Virus record (IMG/VR): IMGVR_UViG_3300040801_000790 | Location: 1-39,990 of that record | Origin: a virus | DNA length: 39,990 bases | Strand: one strand, 5' to 3' | Part shown: positions 7,335-15,134 of the stretch, in pieces | How positions within the stretch are numbered: the first letter of the stretch is position 1 | How the letters are laid out: every line of letters begins with the position of its first letter | The notes under the pieces: model-generated | The model's input: only the letters and a program-made list of their open reading frames with translations | Database searches by the model: none | What the model was told of the DNA's origin: nothing | Program-made: the position numbers and the translations under genes

Positions 7335-8197
7335 TGGCAAGACCTGAAAGAAACAGTGTCGACTACTTCCCTTTTTATTGTGAGGAAGGAGAGAAAATGT
7401 TTTACATCGAACAGACATACGGAAACGATGGTTTTGCAGTCTTCGTTAAGATACTAAGAGAACTTGCAAAAAAGGATTATCACTACTTAAACCTATCGGA
7501 GCAGTCTAGTAAAATGTTTCTAGCTGCAAAGTGTCGGGTAAATATTGAAGTGCTTGAAAGCATAATAAAAGACCTTGTGATGCTAGGTAAGTTTGACAAG
7601 ATGTTATGGGAAGAAAACAGCGTAATATGGTGTCAATCATTTATAGATAGTATTAAGGATGCTTATAGTAAGAGAAATTCAAACTGTATTACTTATGAGG
7701 GTTTGTTACAACTTTTGAGGGGTTTAGGGGTACGGAAACCCCGAAAAGAAACCCTTAAAGGGGTCGATAATCCACAAAGTATATTAGAGTATATTAAAGA
7801 AGATGAAAGAAAAGTAGATAACAAGAACGAAAAGAAAACATATAGAAAATTCGCTCACTTATCTTTATGTTTAGAAGATTTCGACAAGCTGAACAAAGAC
7901 TACTCGATAAAACAAATAGATTCAATTTTAGATAGTATAGAGAACTACAAGAAAAACACGCAATACAAATCGCTATACCTTACTGCTAAGAAGTGGTTAG
8001 AAAGGGAACACCCAAACAAAGTTCTTAAAGGCGAAACAAGTAAGAGTAGTTATAGTTTTCCTATGGGTAGATTTGAAACAAAAGAGCAATTCGATGAATG
8101 GGAAATGATGGTTAAATTCTCGTATGAGAAAAGAGGTGTTAAAGTTCCTTACGATGAATACATAGAAAACAGAATTAAAATAGAATTGAATGAGTGA
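7334..8197 (+). CDS. Replication initiation-associated protein, DUF4373 (Lin1244/Lin1753)-like N-terminal domain (287 aa)
   Basis: The N-terminus [38 protein letters not shown] matches my memory of the DUF4373 signature. It sits directly upstream of the primase-helicase. Confidence 0.55.
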   Translation: MARPERNSVDYFPFYCEEGEKMFYIEQTYGNDGFAVFVKILRELAKKDYHYLNLSEQSSKMFLAAKCRVNIEVLESIIKDLVMLGKFDKMLWEENSVIWCQSFIDSIKDAYSKRNSNCITYEGLLQLLRGLGVRKPRKETLKGVDNPQSILEYIKEDERKVDNKNEKKTYRKFAHLSLCLEDFDKLNKDYSIKQIDSILDSIENYKKNTQYKSLYLTAKKWLEREHPNKVLKGETSKSSYSFPMGRFETKEQFDEWEMMVKFSYEKRGVKVPYDEYIENRIKIELNE

Positions 8198-10055
8198 TTT
8201 CTTTAGTTGGGATTTAATAGACCTTTCAAAAATAAAAGGGTCAAGTGGTGAGGTTGTGTCACTATGTCCAATATGTTCACACACAAGAAAAAAGAAGTCT
8301 GATAAATGTTTGGGGGTAAACCTTGATGCTGGTTTAGCGCATTGTTGCCATTGTGGTGCTAAATCAAAAAGGAATATAGAGGAAAAGGTTTTTGAGCCGA
8401 AGGAATATGTTATTCCAAAATGGAAAAATAACACCAACCTACCAGACAAAGTAGTTAACTGGTTTAAAGACGAAAGAAATATCTCTCAAAAAACACTTAT
8501 TGACAATAGTATTTCTTACGGCATGGAGTGGATGCCACAAACACAAAAAGAAAGTGGAACTATACAATTTCCATACTTAGCAAAAGGGAAGGTTATCAAC
8601 GTTAAGTACAGAACCGCACAGAAGCATTTTAAGCTATGTAAGGACGCTCAAAAAATACTTTATGGTGTTGACCACCTAAAAGGAAAGAAAGTCGCTTATT
8701 TCGTAGAAGGAGAGATTGATAAATTAAGTTTTTACGAGGCTGGTATTTACAATGTTGTAAGCTGCCCTAATGGTGTTGCTTTATCAATGGATGAGAAGGC
8801 TAGGTTTGAATCGTCAGGACAGTTCAATGATAACAACGTTTTGAACCTAGACTACTTAACTGATTCTATGCAATACATAGACCATGTTGAAAAATGGATT
8901 CTATGTACAGATAAAGACGCTGCAGGTCAAAAGCTTCAAAGGGAACTTATAAGGAGGTTTGGTGCTGAAAACTGTGAGATATTAGATTTGAAAGGATATA
9001 AGGACGCTAATGAGTTATTAGTAAAGGAGGGTGTAACAGCTTTTGAAAAATTGATAAGTGTGCCAGTTCCAATCGATGGGGTTTATTCAATTGAAGATGA
9101 ATGGGATTATATCCAAGACATAAGAGATAATGGATATAAAAAGGGTAGTGGAATAGGGGTTGAGTCTTACGACAAACATTATAAGTATAGATTAGGAGAG
9201 ATAGATTTAATAGGTGGAATACCTAATCACGGTAAAACAACTTTCGTTGCTTGGGAGATAGTTTTAACAGCTAGGTTATTTGGTTGGAAATGGTGTGTTT
9301 ACTCTCCCGAAAACTACCCAGCTGGTGAGTTGTATATTTCATTGATAGAGACATATTTAAACAAAGATGTGTCAAAACAAGGGTATTTACCAGCGTCAAA
9401 TAGCGACATGGAAGAAGCAAAAGAGTTTATACACAACCATGTTTATGTAATAGATTGGGATGAAGATGATGTTTTAGTAAATCCAGAAATGGTTTTAAAC
9501 AAGACTAAAGAACTAATAAAAAGAAAGGGTGTGAATGCTATGTTAATAGACCCTTGGAATGACTTATATCATGAGTTTAAGGGAGGTGAAAACGATGCTA
9601 AATACCTGCAAAGAATACTATCTCAATGTAGAAGATTTAAAAGAAAGTATAATATTAAATTCATAATAAACGCACATCCAATTGTAAGCAAGATAAGAGA
9701 AAGGGAAGAACACCCAGAGCAAGGGGATAGACAGGCTGTAGTTTGGTTTTATGATGTAGATGGAGGGGCGATGTGGGGTAACAGGATGGATAATTGTAGA
9801 ACAATTTACAGGAATGTAACTGATGAATCATACAGAAATACTACAGAGGTTCATGTTCAGAAAATAAAACATCAAAAATTAGTTGGGTTGCCAACAACAG
9901 ACACGCCAATTAAAATGATTTATAGTGGTAAAAGGTTTCTAATAAATGGGTTTGACCCACTAGACATTAAGGTAGAAAAACCAGATTATGTACAAAAAGA
10001 CATATTCCAAAATCACTCAATAGAAGATTTTGAAAACGAAGATTGCCCATTTTGA
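8190..10055 (+). CDS. Bifunctional primase-helicase (Zn-ribbon + TOPRIM + P-loop helicase, 621 aa)
   Basis: CPICSH..-..CCHCG zinc ribbon. TOPRIM motifs [10 protein letters not shown] and CTDKDAAGQ. Walker [11 protein letters not shown]. Walker B-like MLIDPWND. Confidence 0.85.
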   Translation: MSDFFSWDLIDLSKIKGSSGEVVSLCPICSHTRKKKSDKCLGVNLDAGLAHCCHCGAKSKRNIEEKVFEPKEYVIPKWKNNTNLPDKVVNWFKDERNISQKTLIDNSISYGMEWMPQTQKESGTIQFPYLAKGKVINVKYRTAQKHFKLCKDAQKILYGVDHLKGKKVAYFVEGEIDKLSFYEAGIYNVVSCPNGVALSMDEKARFESSGQFNDNNVLNLDYLTDSMQYIDHVEKWILCTDKDAAGQKLQRELIRRFGAENCEILDLKGYKDANELLVKEGVTAFEKLISVPVPIDGVYSIEDEWDYIQDIRDNGYKKGSGIGVESYDKHYKYRLGEIDLIGGIPNHGKTTFVAWEIVLTARLFGWKWCVYSPENYPAGELYISLIETYLNKDVSKQGYLPASNSDMEEAKEFIHNHVYVIDWDEDDVLVNPEMVLNKTKELIKRKGVNAMLIDPWNDLYHEFKGGENDAKYLQRILSQCRRFKRKYNIKFIINAHPIVSKIREREEHPEQGDRQAVVWFYDVDGGAMWGNRMDNCRTIYRNVTDESYRNTTEVHVQKIKHQKLVGLPTTDTPIKMIYSGKRFLINGFDPLDIKVEKPDYVQKDIFQNHSIEDFENEDCPF

Positions 10056-10056
10056 T

Positions 10057-10215
10057 ATGAACCCATTCGAGCAAAAAATAATACTAGACAAGCTATCTGA
10101 TTTAGAATCAAGATGGAAAATAAAGATATGGAATCAAGACGTTAATAAGATTGAAGATAATAAATCCAAGCATTCAGTTTGGTTGGAAAAGGAGTTTGAA
10201 ATAATTTGTAAATAA
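10057..10215 (+). CDS. Hypothetical protein (52 aa)
   Basis: The first ATG (10057, MNPFEQK...) comes right after the primase-helicase stop. Confidence 0.45.
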   Translation: MNPFEQKIILDKLSDLESRWKIKIWNQDVNKIEDNKSKHSVWLEKEFEIICK

Positions 10216-10250
10216 TACATCTAAAATTATTTTCTTACATGAATAATAAT

Positions 10251-10258
10251 TACCTTTG
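10251..10258 (+). promoter_or_regulatory. Isolated -7-like box TACCTTTG upstream of the XRE gene
   Basis: Perfect TAnnTTTG, identical to the P6 -7 box, but there is no TTTG at the 20-nt spacing upstream. Confidence 0.25.
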
Positions 10259-10279
10259 GTTAAAGTAAACAATATTATT

Positions 10280-10567
10280 ATGAACATAGGGGAATCAATA
10301 AGAATTTTAAGAAAGCGCGAATCAATGAATCAAGAAGAGTTCGCTTCAAGTGTAGGAATAACTCAATCTTACCTTTCGTTAATTGAGAAAGGACACAAGA
10401 AACCAAGCTTAGAAGTTTTACAACAAATGGCGGATATATTGAATGTTCCTCTACCAGTATTGTTTTGGTTTGGGATAGAGAGAGAGGATGTTCCAGAAGA
10501 AAAAAAGTATGCCTTCGATATTTTAAAGCCTTCAATAGACAAGCTAATTAACGAGGTGTTTAATTAA
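10280..10567 (+). CDS. XRE/Cro-family HTH transcriptional regulator (95 aa)
   Basis: IRILRKRESMNQEEFASSVGITQSYLSLIEKGHKKPSLEVLQQMADIL is a canonical HTH_3 pattern. ATG at 10280. Confidence 0.8.
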   Translation: MNIGESIRILRKRESMNQEEFASSVGITQSYLSLIEKGHKKPSLEVLQQMADILNVPLPVLFWFGIEREDVPEEKKYAFDILKPSIDKLINEVFN

Positions 10568-10606
10568 GGAAAAGGAGTTTAATAAAATATGTAACTAAAA
10601 ATTAAA

Positions 10607-10774
10607 ATGGAAAAAGCAATAGAAGCATTACAAGACAAAATAATTTTCATAACTGGTCAGATAGAATTAACTAAATTAAATAGCCAGTTCGCAAAAGATA
10701 CTGTTTTAAGAAAATGGAAAAGCGATATTGAAGAACTTAAAAAAGCGCAATTAATATTACAAAAATCACAGTAA
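10607..10774 (+). CDS. Small helical ORF absent from the track (55 aa, MEKAIEALQDKIIFITGQIEL...)
   Basis: Hand-translated: 56 codons with an AACTAAAAA leader. The overlapping minus-strand track ORF 10657..10887 is probably spurious. Confidence 0.45.
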   Translation: MEKAIEALQDKIIFITGQIELTKLNSQFAKDTVLRKWKSDIEELKKAQLILQKSQ

Positions 10775-10793
10775 CAACTACAACTAATTAGAT

Positions 10794-11096
10794 ATGACAG
10801 CACGAAAAGAATCACAAAGCAAGCTAGATTGGCTTTACATATTAAGGGATGAGGAAGTTTTAGCTTTAGAAAAATTGGATATATCAAGAAGTCTTATTGA
10901 CTCTACGATGCAGATAGAAGCACTCAATGAGCTTCAAAGAATATATACTGACTTTGCATTTGCGGAATATTTATATTCGTTTGGGAATGGACAATACAAA
11001 ATTGATTACTCTTATTATTCAGATTGGAAAAATAATAAAAAAATAAAAACTATACATTCTGAAATTGAAAGAGAGGAAAACAATAGAAAACTATAA
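10794..11096 (+). CDS. Hypothetical protein (100 aa)
   Basis: ATG ORF with an AACTAA leader. Confidence 0.6.
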   Translation: MTARKESQSKLDWLYILRDEEVLALEKLDISRSLIDSTMQIEALNELQRIYTDFAFAEYLYSFGNGQYKIDYSYYSDWKNNKKIKTIHSEIEREENNRKL

Positions 11097-11108
11097 CTAA
11101 TTAATAAG

Positions 11109-11300
11109 ATGGGAAATAAAGAACTAGTAGATTTCGTAAACAATGATTTACCATCAGATGGAGAGTGGTGGTGTGATGGTAATAAAGATAAGTTTCACGA
11201 GGCGTGCGGAACTATGATGGCTTATGGAATGAATAATGACACTATAAAGGAGTTGTTAAGCAATTTGTATTCAGCAGTATCTAGCGAATATGGTTATTAA
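11109..11300 (+). CDS. Hypothetical protein (63 aa)
   Basis: ATG ORF with an AACTAA leader. Confidence 0.6.
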   Translation: MGNKELVDFVNNDLPSDGEWWCDGNKDKFHEACGTMMAYGMNNDTIKELLSNLYSAVSSEYGY

Positions 11301-11314
11301 TTAAAACAAATCAC

Positions 11315-11353
11315 TTCCATATTTGGAAAGTAAATAAAGTTTGTATAGTATTG
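11315..11353 (+). promoter_or_regulatory. Promoter P3 (TTCCATATTTGGAA, 20 nt, TAGTATTG)
   Basis: Same architecture as P1. The ATG is 22 nt downstream. Confidence 0.65.
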
Positions 11354-11374
11354 TATTAACAAAACGAAAACGCA

Positions 11375-11680
11375 ATGAAACACATACACTTAATTCAAAG
11401 AGACAACGTAGACTACTTCAAAAAACAATTGAGTGTAGAAACTTCTAAATCAAATGTAAACCTAAAGCATAGCGATACTATTCACTTAATGTTTGAAGGT
11501 GTAGCTACTTTATTTACTGCAAAAGGAGACGATTTAGAAATGGAGTTAACACCTGGCGAGCGTGAGAAATTCAAATATAGAGAAGATGGATGTTATTATT
11601 TCGATGATAGCGCATTAATTGAAGATTTAAGCAATGATTTGAATTTTGTATTGGAGTTGTATTTTCGGACAAGGGATTAA
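11375..11680 (+). CDS. Hypothetical protein (101 aa)
   Basis: First ORF after P3. Confidence 0.65.
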   Translation: MKHIHLIQRDNVDYFKKQLSVETSKSNVNLKHSDTIHLMFEGVATLFTAKGDDLEMELTPGEREKFKYREDGCYYFDDSALIEDLSNDLNFVLELYFRTRD

Positions 11681-11687
11681 CGACCCT

Positions 11688-11720
11688 TGTAAAAAGTCGT
11701 TTTAATGCTTTTTACATTTT
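11688..11720 (+). terminator. Intrinsic terminator: 9-bp hairpin with conserved loop TCGTTTTAATG (copy 2) plus TTTT
   Basis: TGTAAAAAG 11688-11696, loop 11697-11707, CTTTTTACA 11708-11716, TTTT 11717-11720. Confidence 0.6.
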
Positions 11721-11750
11721 GTTGTAGTGAGTACGGTTAAATTTAAGATA

Positions 11751-11942
11751 ATGAAACAAAAAGTAGTAACACCTAAAATAAAAGATTGCTTCTGTGGCTC
11801 TAAAGCTAAAGTGGTATGGATGGATTATGATAACTTCCAAGCTCACTGCATAGATAATGATCACAGAATAACACCTGAAATGGGTAGTGCACACAGGGCA
11901 GTATGTAGATGGAATAACACTTTAGATAAAATGCAAAAGTAG
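11751..11942 (+). CDS. Lar-family-like (restriction alleviation) small Zn-ribbon protein (63 aa)
   Basis: IKDCFCGSKAKVVW...FQAHCIDNDH...GSAHRAVCRWNN parallels the Lar pattern KPCPFCG..V...C..C...GS..EA..RWN. The second knuckle is C/H rather than C/C. ATG at 11751. Confidence 0.45.
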   Translation: MKQKVVTPKIKDCFCGSKAKVVWMDYDNFQAHCIDNDHRITPEMGSAHRAVCRWNNTLDKMQK

Positions 11943-11952
11943 TATTCACTAC

Positions 11953-12017
11953 AACACGAAAATAAAAGAGCTTGTGCGGTCCGTGCAGCGAAGCGGAATG
12001 GCTTTTTATTTTCTGTT
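11953..12017 (+). terminator. Long A/T-rich hairpin element, copy B (65 nt)
   Basis: AACA-c-GAAAATAAAA-g-AGC ... GCT-TTTTATTTTC-TGTT. It differs at 3 of 65 positions from copy C. Confidence 0.55.
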
Positions 12018-12034
12018 ATATTAAACTAAAAAAC

Positions 12035-12232
12035 ATGAAAGAACAAATAGAAAAAGCACTAGAAGAAGCCCATTAGAAAGTATTTCAAAGAGGGTTAGAA
12101 GTAATGTGTAGTGATAGTATATTGGAGTTAATTTACTCCGCTTCTATAGTCTATAGTGAGGATGATTTTAGGGATTTTACAAGAACACATATAAGAGAAA
12201 GTATAAATCAAGCAATTAAAGAAAGTAAATAG
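12035..12232 (+). pseudogene. Small ORF interrupted by an in-frame TAG (codon 14); alternative 42-aa ORF from ATG 12104
   Basis: Hand translation gives MKEQIEKALEEAH-TAG(12074-12076)-KVFQRGLEVMCSDSILELIYSASIVYSEDDFRDFTRTHIRESINQAIKESK-TAG. ATG 12035 has the canonical AAACTAAAAAAC leader. Confidence 0.35.
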
Positions 12233-12234
12233 TT

Positions 12235-12747
12235 ATGGCAATACATTATTTAAAATCACGAAACAGCGACTACTTAGCTGGTACTGACTTAGAGATATTT
12301 GAATTAGAAGGAAAATCTAAATCATTAACGATTAAAAAAGTAGAGTACCAAGAGAACTTCAAAGTTAACGGAAAGATTAAACCAAAAGGTTTGGTTGCTA
12401 ATTTTCACGAAGAGTACGCAAATCCTTTGATAATCAACCCAACTAATGCACGAATCATTAAATCTTTAACAGGTATAATGGACGCTGAAAAATGGGTTGG
12501 TTTTACGTTGACATTTTGGTTTGATACAAAGGTAGAGATGAAGGTAAGCAAAACGGAAACAATCAAGGGAGGAATAAGAGTTAAATCTGTTAATACAAAT
12601 GGTCTAGTAGCACCTTTAGAAGATATTACCGCTCGTATAGAAGGCTGTACTAACAAAGCTGAATTGATGAATATTTGGCAAGACCTTGACGAGAAGCAAC
12701 AAATAGAATACAAAAATAAATTCACCGAAAAACTAGGTAAGCTATGA
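12235..12747 (+). CDS. Hypothetical protein (170 aa), upstream partner of the nuclease gene
   Basis: ATGA-coupled to the nuclease gene. I recognised no confident motif. A recombination or ssDNA-binding role is only a guess from position. Confidence 0.65.
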   Translation: MAIHYLKSRNSDYLAGTDLEIFELEGKSKSLTIKKVEYQENFKVNGKIKPKGLVANFHEEYANPLIINPTNARIIKSLTGIMDAEKWVGFTLTFWFDTKVEMKVSKTETIKGGIRVKSVNTNGLVAPLEDITARIEGCTNKAELMNIWQDLDEKQQIEYKNKFTEKLGKL

Positions 12748-13655
12748 GATTTGACGACTATTTATTTAGAAGCCATTCAGTAGGTCATATAATAAATGTT
12801 CCAACACCTTTGACGCCTAATCAATTGGAGACTTTAAACGCTTATAATGATAGGTATAATGGTAATGGTAGACCACTAACGCAAAAGCAGCAAGAAGACA
12901 GGATAAGTTTACTACACAAGCAAATAGAAAGCGGTAAGTATAGTATATCTGATGCAACCAAGAAACTACTAAGTCAGCTTGTTTTTGCAAAAAAATACAA
13001 GAGGACTACTGTGTTAAACGCAAATCAAATTAAAAAAGGATTGTCCGAAGAAAAGGAAGCAAGGGATATACTTACAAGGGTATCAGGCTTGTTCTTGACT
13101 GCATCGGAAGAGAGAAAATCTAACAAGTGGGTAACTGGCAAAATAGATATCGAACCAGATGAAGTAATAATAGATATAAAGTCATCTTATAGTTGGGAAT
13201 CATTCTCAAACATCTTACAAGAAAAACCAAATCAAATATACTTGCATCAAGGGGATTCTTACATGGATTTATGGGAGAAAAAACACTTCCTACTTTGTCA
13301 CGTCCTTACAGATACACCTATCAACATTCTACAATCAGAAATAAGAAAAGCAGATTATCATCAAGACTTTATGTCAATAGATGGAAACGTAAGAGACGAA
13401 AAGATTTCAGATGTTAAGCAAATTATAAGCAACCATATATTTTCAAGAAAAGGAATAGAGAATTTTTGTAACTTCTCACCGTTTGCAGAGATTGAATGGT
13501 TTGACGATTTTATAGAGATACCAGAAAAGGATAGGGTTCACATGATAAGTCACGATTACGACCCTGTTAGAATAGAGCAAAGAAACGAGTGTATAAAAAT
13601 ATGTAGAGAGTTTATGAACACAGTAACACCAATAAATAATAGCGACCTTCTCTAA
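12744..13655 (+). CDS. PD-(D/E)xK-type nuclease (YqaJ/lambda-exonuclease-like) (303 aa)
   Basis: GKIDIEPDEVIIDIKSS fits the D...(D/E)xK core. It sits in a replication/recombination context. Confidence 0.45.
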   Translation: MRFDDYLFRSHSVGHIINVPTPLTPNQLETLNAYNDRYNGNGRPLTQKQQEDRISLLHKQIESGKYSISDATKKLLSQLVFAKKYKRTTVLNANQIKKGLSEEKEARDILTRVSGLFLTASEERKSNKWVTGKIDIEPDEVIIDIKSSYSWESFSNILQEKPNQIYLHQGDSYMDLWEKKHFLLCHVLTDTPINILQSEIRKADYHQDFMSIDGNVRDEKISDVKQIISNHIFSRKGIENFCNFSPFAEIEWFDDFIEIPEKDRVHMISHDYDPVRIEQRNECIKICREFMNTVTPINNSDLL

Positions 13656-13683
13656 AAGTATAACAAGTACTATTACTGGAAGA

Positions 13684-13776
13684 GGTAACGGCAAAGTATA
13701 AGGAGAGAAGCCACACCTAGAATTTGGCTATTTATTACAAAACTTTGATGGGCTTTTCACTTTATACAGTGTTACC
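13684..13776 (+). other. 93-nt extended intergenic hairpin
   Basis: GGTAAC 13684-13689 pairs with GTTACC 13771-13776. A 17-position helix (13696-13712 / 13751-13767) has 14 Watson-Crick pairs, 2 G-U pairs and 1 mismatch. The G-U pairs work only in a + strand transcript. Confidence 0.5.
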
Positions 13777-13799
13777 CATCTTTTAAAAATGGCGGACAA

Positions 13800-14102
13800 A
13801 TGAAAGCTAAATTAGATAAGATTAACGGAATTGATTACTTGACTTTTAAGGTGACAGAAGAAATTGGATTGATGCAATTGCCTGTAATAACTAAAGGAAC
13901 AAGACAAGGCACAAATGCTTGGACTTGGAACGGAAGTTTGGAAAGCCCAACACTAAGACCAAGCGTAAGAACAAACTACCACAATGGTAAAGAAATGACT
14001 GAAATACATTACTGGCTTAATGATGGAATTGCTGATTGCTTGGGCGATTGTAAGGACGGAAACGCTGGCAAGAAACTAACTTTATTAGAAGTAGAACAGT
14101 AG
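13800..14102 (+). CDS. DUF6527-like protein (100 aa)
   Basis: AWTWNGSLESPTLRPSV...HYWLNDGIADCLGDC...AGKKLTL resembles the W.fNGd...PT..PS ... G.i.f..D family pattern, from memory. Confidence 0.45.
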   Translation: MKAKLDKINGIDYLTFKVTEEIGLMQLPVITKGTRQGTNAWTWNGSLESPTLRPSVRTNYHNGKEMTEIHYWLNDGIADCLGDCKDGNAGKKLTLLEVEQ

Positions 14103-14139
14103 CCATTTTTTATTGTGGGTAACACAGTTGTATGTGTCA

Positions 14140-14153
14140 TTGAATATATTCAA
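14140..14153. promoter_or_regulatory. Palindrome TTGAATATATTCAA, copy 2
   Basis: The surrounding 18-mer (14138-14155) is identical to the one at 1500-1517. Confidence 0.35.
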
Positions 14154-14218
14154 CAATTAATAAAATAAAAATCAACCAGTTAACAATAAAACAGATGAAT
14201 TAATTTAAGGATATTAGG

Positions 14219-14232
14219 TTGAAAATATTCAA
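14219..14232. promoter_or_regulatory. Palindrome variant TTGAAAATATTCAA, copy 3
   Basis: 13/14 match to the other copies. It lies 79 bp downstream of copy 2 and 18 nt upstream of the ATG at 14250. Confidence 0.3.
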
Positions 14233-14249
14233 CTAAAAATAAATATGTT

Positions 14250-14630
14250 ATGAAGAAATTAAAAGGAATAGACGGAAAACTTGATGACGCATGGAGCTTG
14301 TTAGTAAAATTAAGGGGTGGTAACAAGTGTTCTGTATGTCTTAAGACAAGTCTGCTTAACTCACACCACATTTACAGCAGGTCAAATAAATCTGTGCGTT
14401 GGGATGTGTTAAATGGTATATGTTTATGCGTAGGTTGCCACACGTTCAGCAGTAAGTTTTCGGCACACAAAACACCTACGGAGTTCACGTATTGGCTTGA
14501 AAGAAAGTATGGTAAACCATTCATGGAAAAGTTAATGTTAAAGGCTCATGGGTTAGGTAAGTTTACCCCGTTTGAAAAGGAAATAATGTTGAAAGAATTA
14601 ATGGAAGAAATTAAAACTTATGGGAACTAA
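14250..14630 (+). CDS. NinG/Rap-like HNH-type endonuclease (126 aa)
   Basis: CSVC...NSHHIYSRSNKSVRWDVLNGICLCVGCH matches the NinG/HNH pattern C..C...H...R....RW...N...LC..CH. Confidence 0.5.
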   Translation: MKKLKGIDGKLDDAWSLLVKLRGGNKCSVCLKTSLLNSHHIYSRSNKSVRWDVLNGICLCVGCHTFSSKFSAHKTPTEFTYWLERKYGKPFMEKLMLKAHGLGKFTPFEKEIMLKELMEEIKTYGN

Positions 14631-14988
14631 AAAATGTATGAATGAAGTAAGGATAGCAGCGGACAAGAAGAGGAGAGAAGAAAAAAAGGTTTTTATCGAT
14701 TCTATTAAACCAACATTCTATTCTTTGGAAAATGATATATGCATGATGCTAGGTTTAGATATTAATCTGTTCAAGTCAAGATATCACAAAAGAGAATACG
14801 CAGACGGTAGAGCGATGTTGTTTGCAATCATGAGACCATTAACAAAGGATGTTATAGGGTTAAAATTGCTAGGCGGTATACACCGAAAAGGATACGATCA
14901 CTCAACGCTTAAAACAGCTCTAAAGAAACACGAGGATTTGTACGGTAGTGATAAAAGATATACTCAAATGTTTGATTTATTAAAGTAA
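14620..14988 (+). CDS. DnaA C-terminal-domain-like HTH protein (122 aa)
   Basis: REYADGRAMLFAIMRPLT...LGGIHRKGYDHSTLKTALKKHEDL parallels the DnaA domain IV pattern (R...aR.iamyL.r.lt...IG..f...dHsTV.ha..k). Confidence 0.4.
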   Translation: MGTKKCMNEVRIAADKKRREEKKVFIDSIKPTFYSLENDICMMLGLDINLFKSRYHKREYADGRAMLFAIMRPLTKDVIGLKLLGGIHRKGYDHSTLKTALKKHEDLYGSDKRYTQMFDLLK

Positions 14989-15134
14989 TGCCCAACAGTT
15001 ACGACAAGCCATTAACAGCACAACAGTTCTACGATAGCATTAAAGACAAAGATTCTTACTATTGGAAAACATCAGGAAGGCATACATATGCTGTAATGCT
15101 GGATTGGGAGAAAAATAAAAAGAAGAAAAAATAG
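14988..15134 (+). CDS. Small ORF absent from the track (48 aa, MPNSYDKPLTAQQFYDSIKDKDSYYWK...)
   Basis: Hand-translated. TAATG overlap with the upstream gene. Its stop abuts promoter P4. Confidence 0.4.
   Translation: MPNSYDKPLTAQQFYDSIKDKDSYYWKTSGRHTYAVMLDWEKNKKKKK

Noticed and set aside
10280-10567. A lysogeny module (temperate lifestyle), suggested by the XRE-type regulator.
   Set aside because: I found no integrase, recombinase, excisionase or divergent repressor/Cro arrangement, and all genes are on one strand. An XRE HTH alone is insufficient evidence.
12074-12076. Genome-wide TAG reassignment (alternative genetic code), suggested by the in-frame amber codon.
   Set aside because: Many well-delimited genes terminate at TAG with the next gene or an element starting immediately after. 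Examples are the stops at 343-345, 1051-1053, 11940-11942, 14100-14102, 16081-16083 and 32319-32321. TAG is clearly used as a stop here.
13193-13417. A + strand 74-aa ORF nested in another frame inside the nuclease gene.
   Set aside because: It is Arg/Lys/Ser-rich and looks out of frame. It has no start context and is fully overlapped by the 303-aa ORF.
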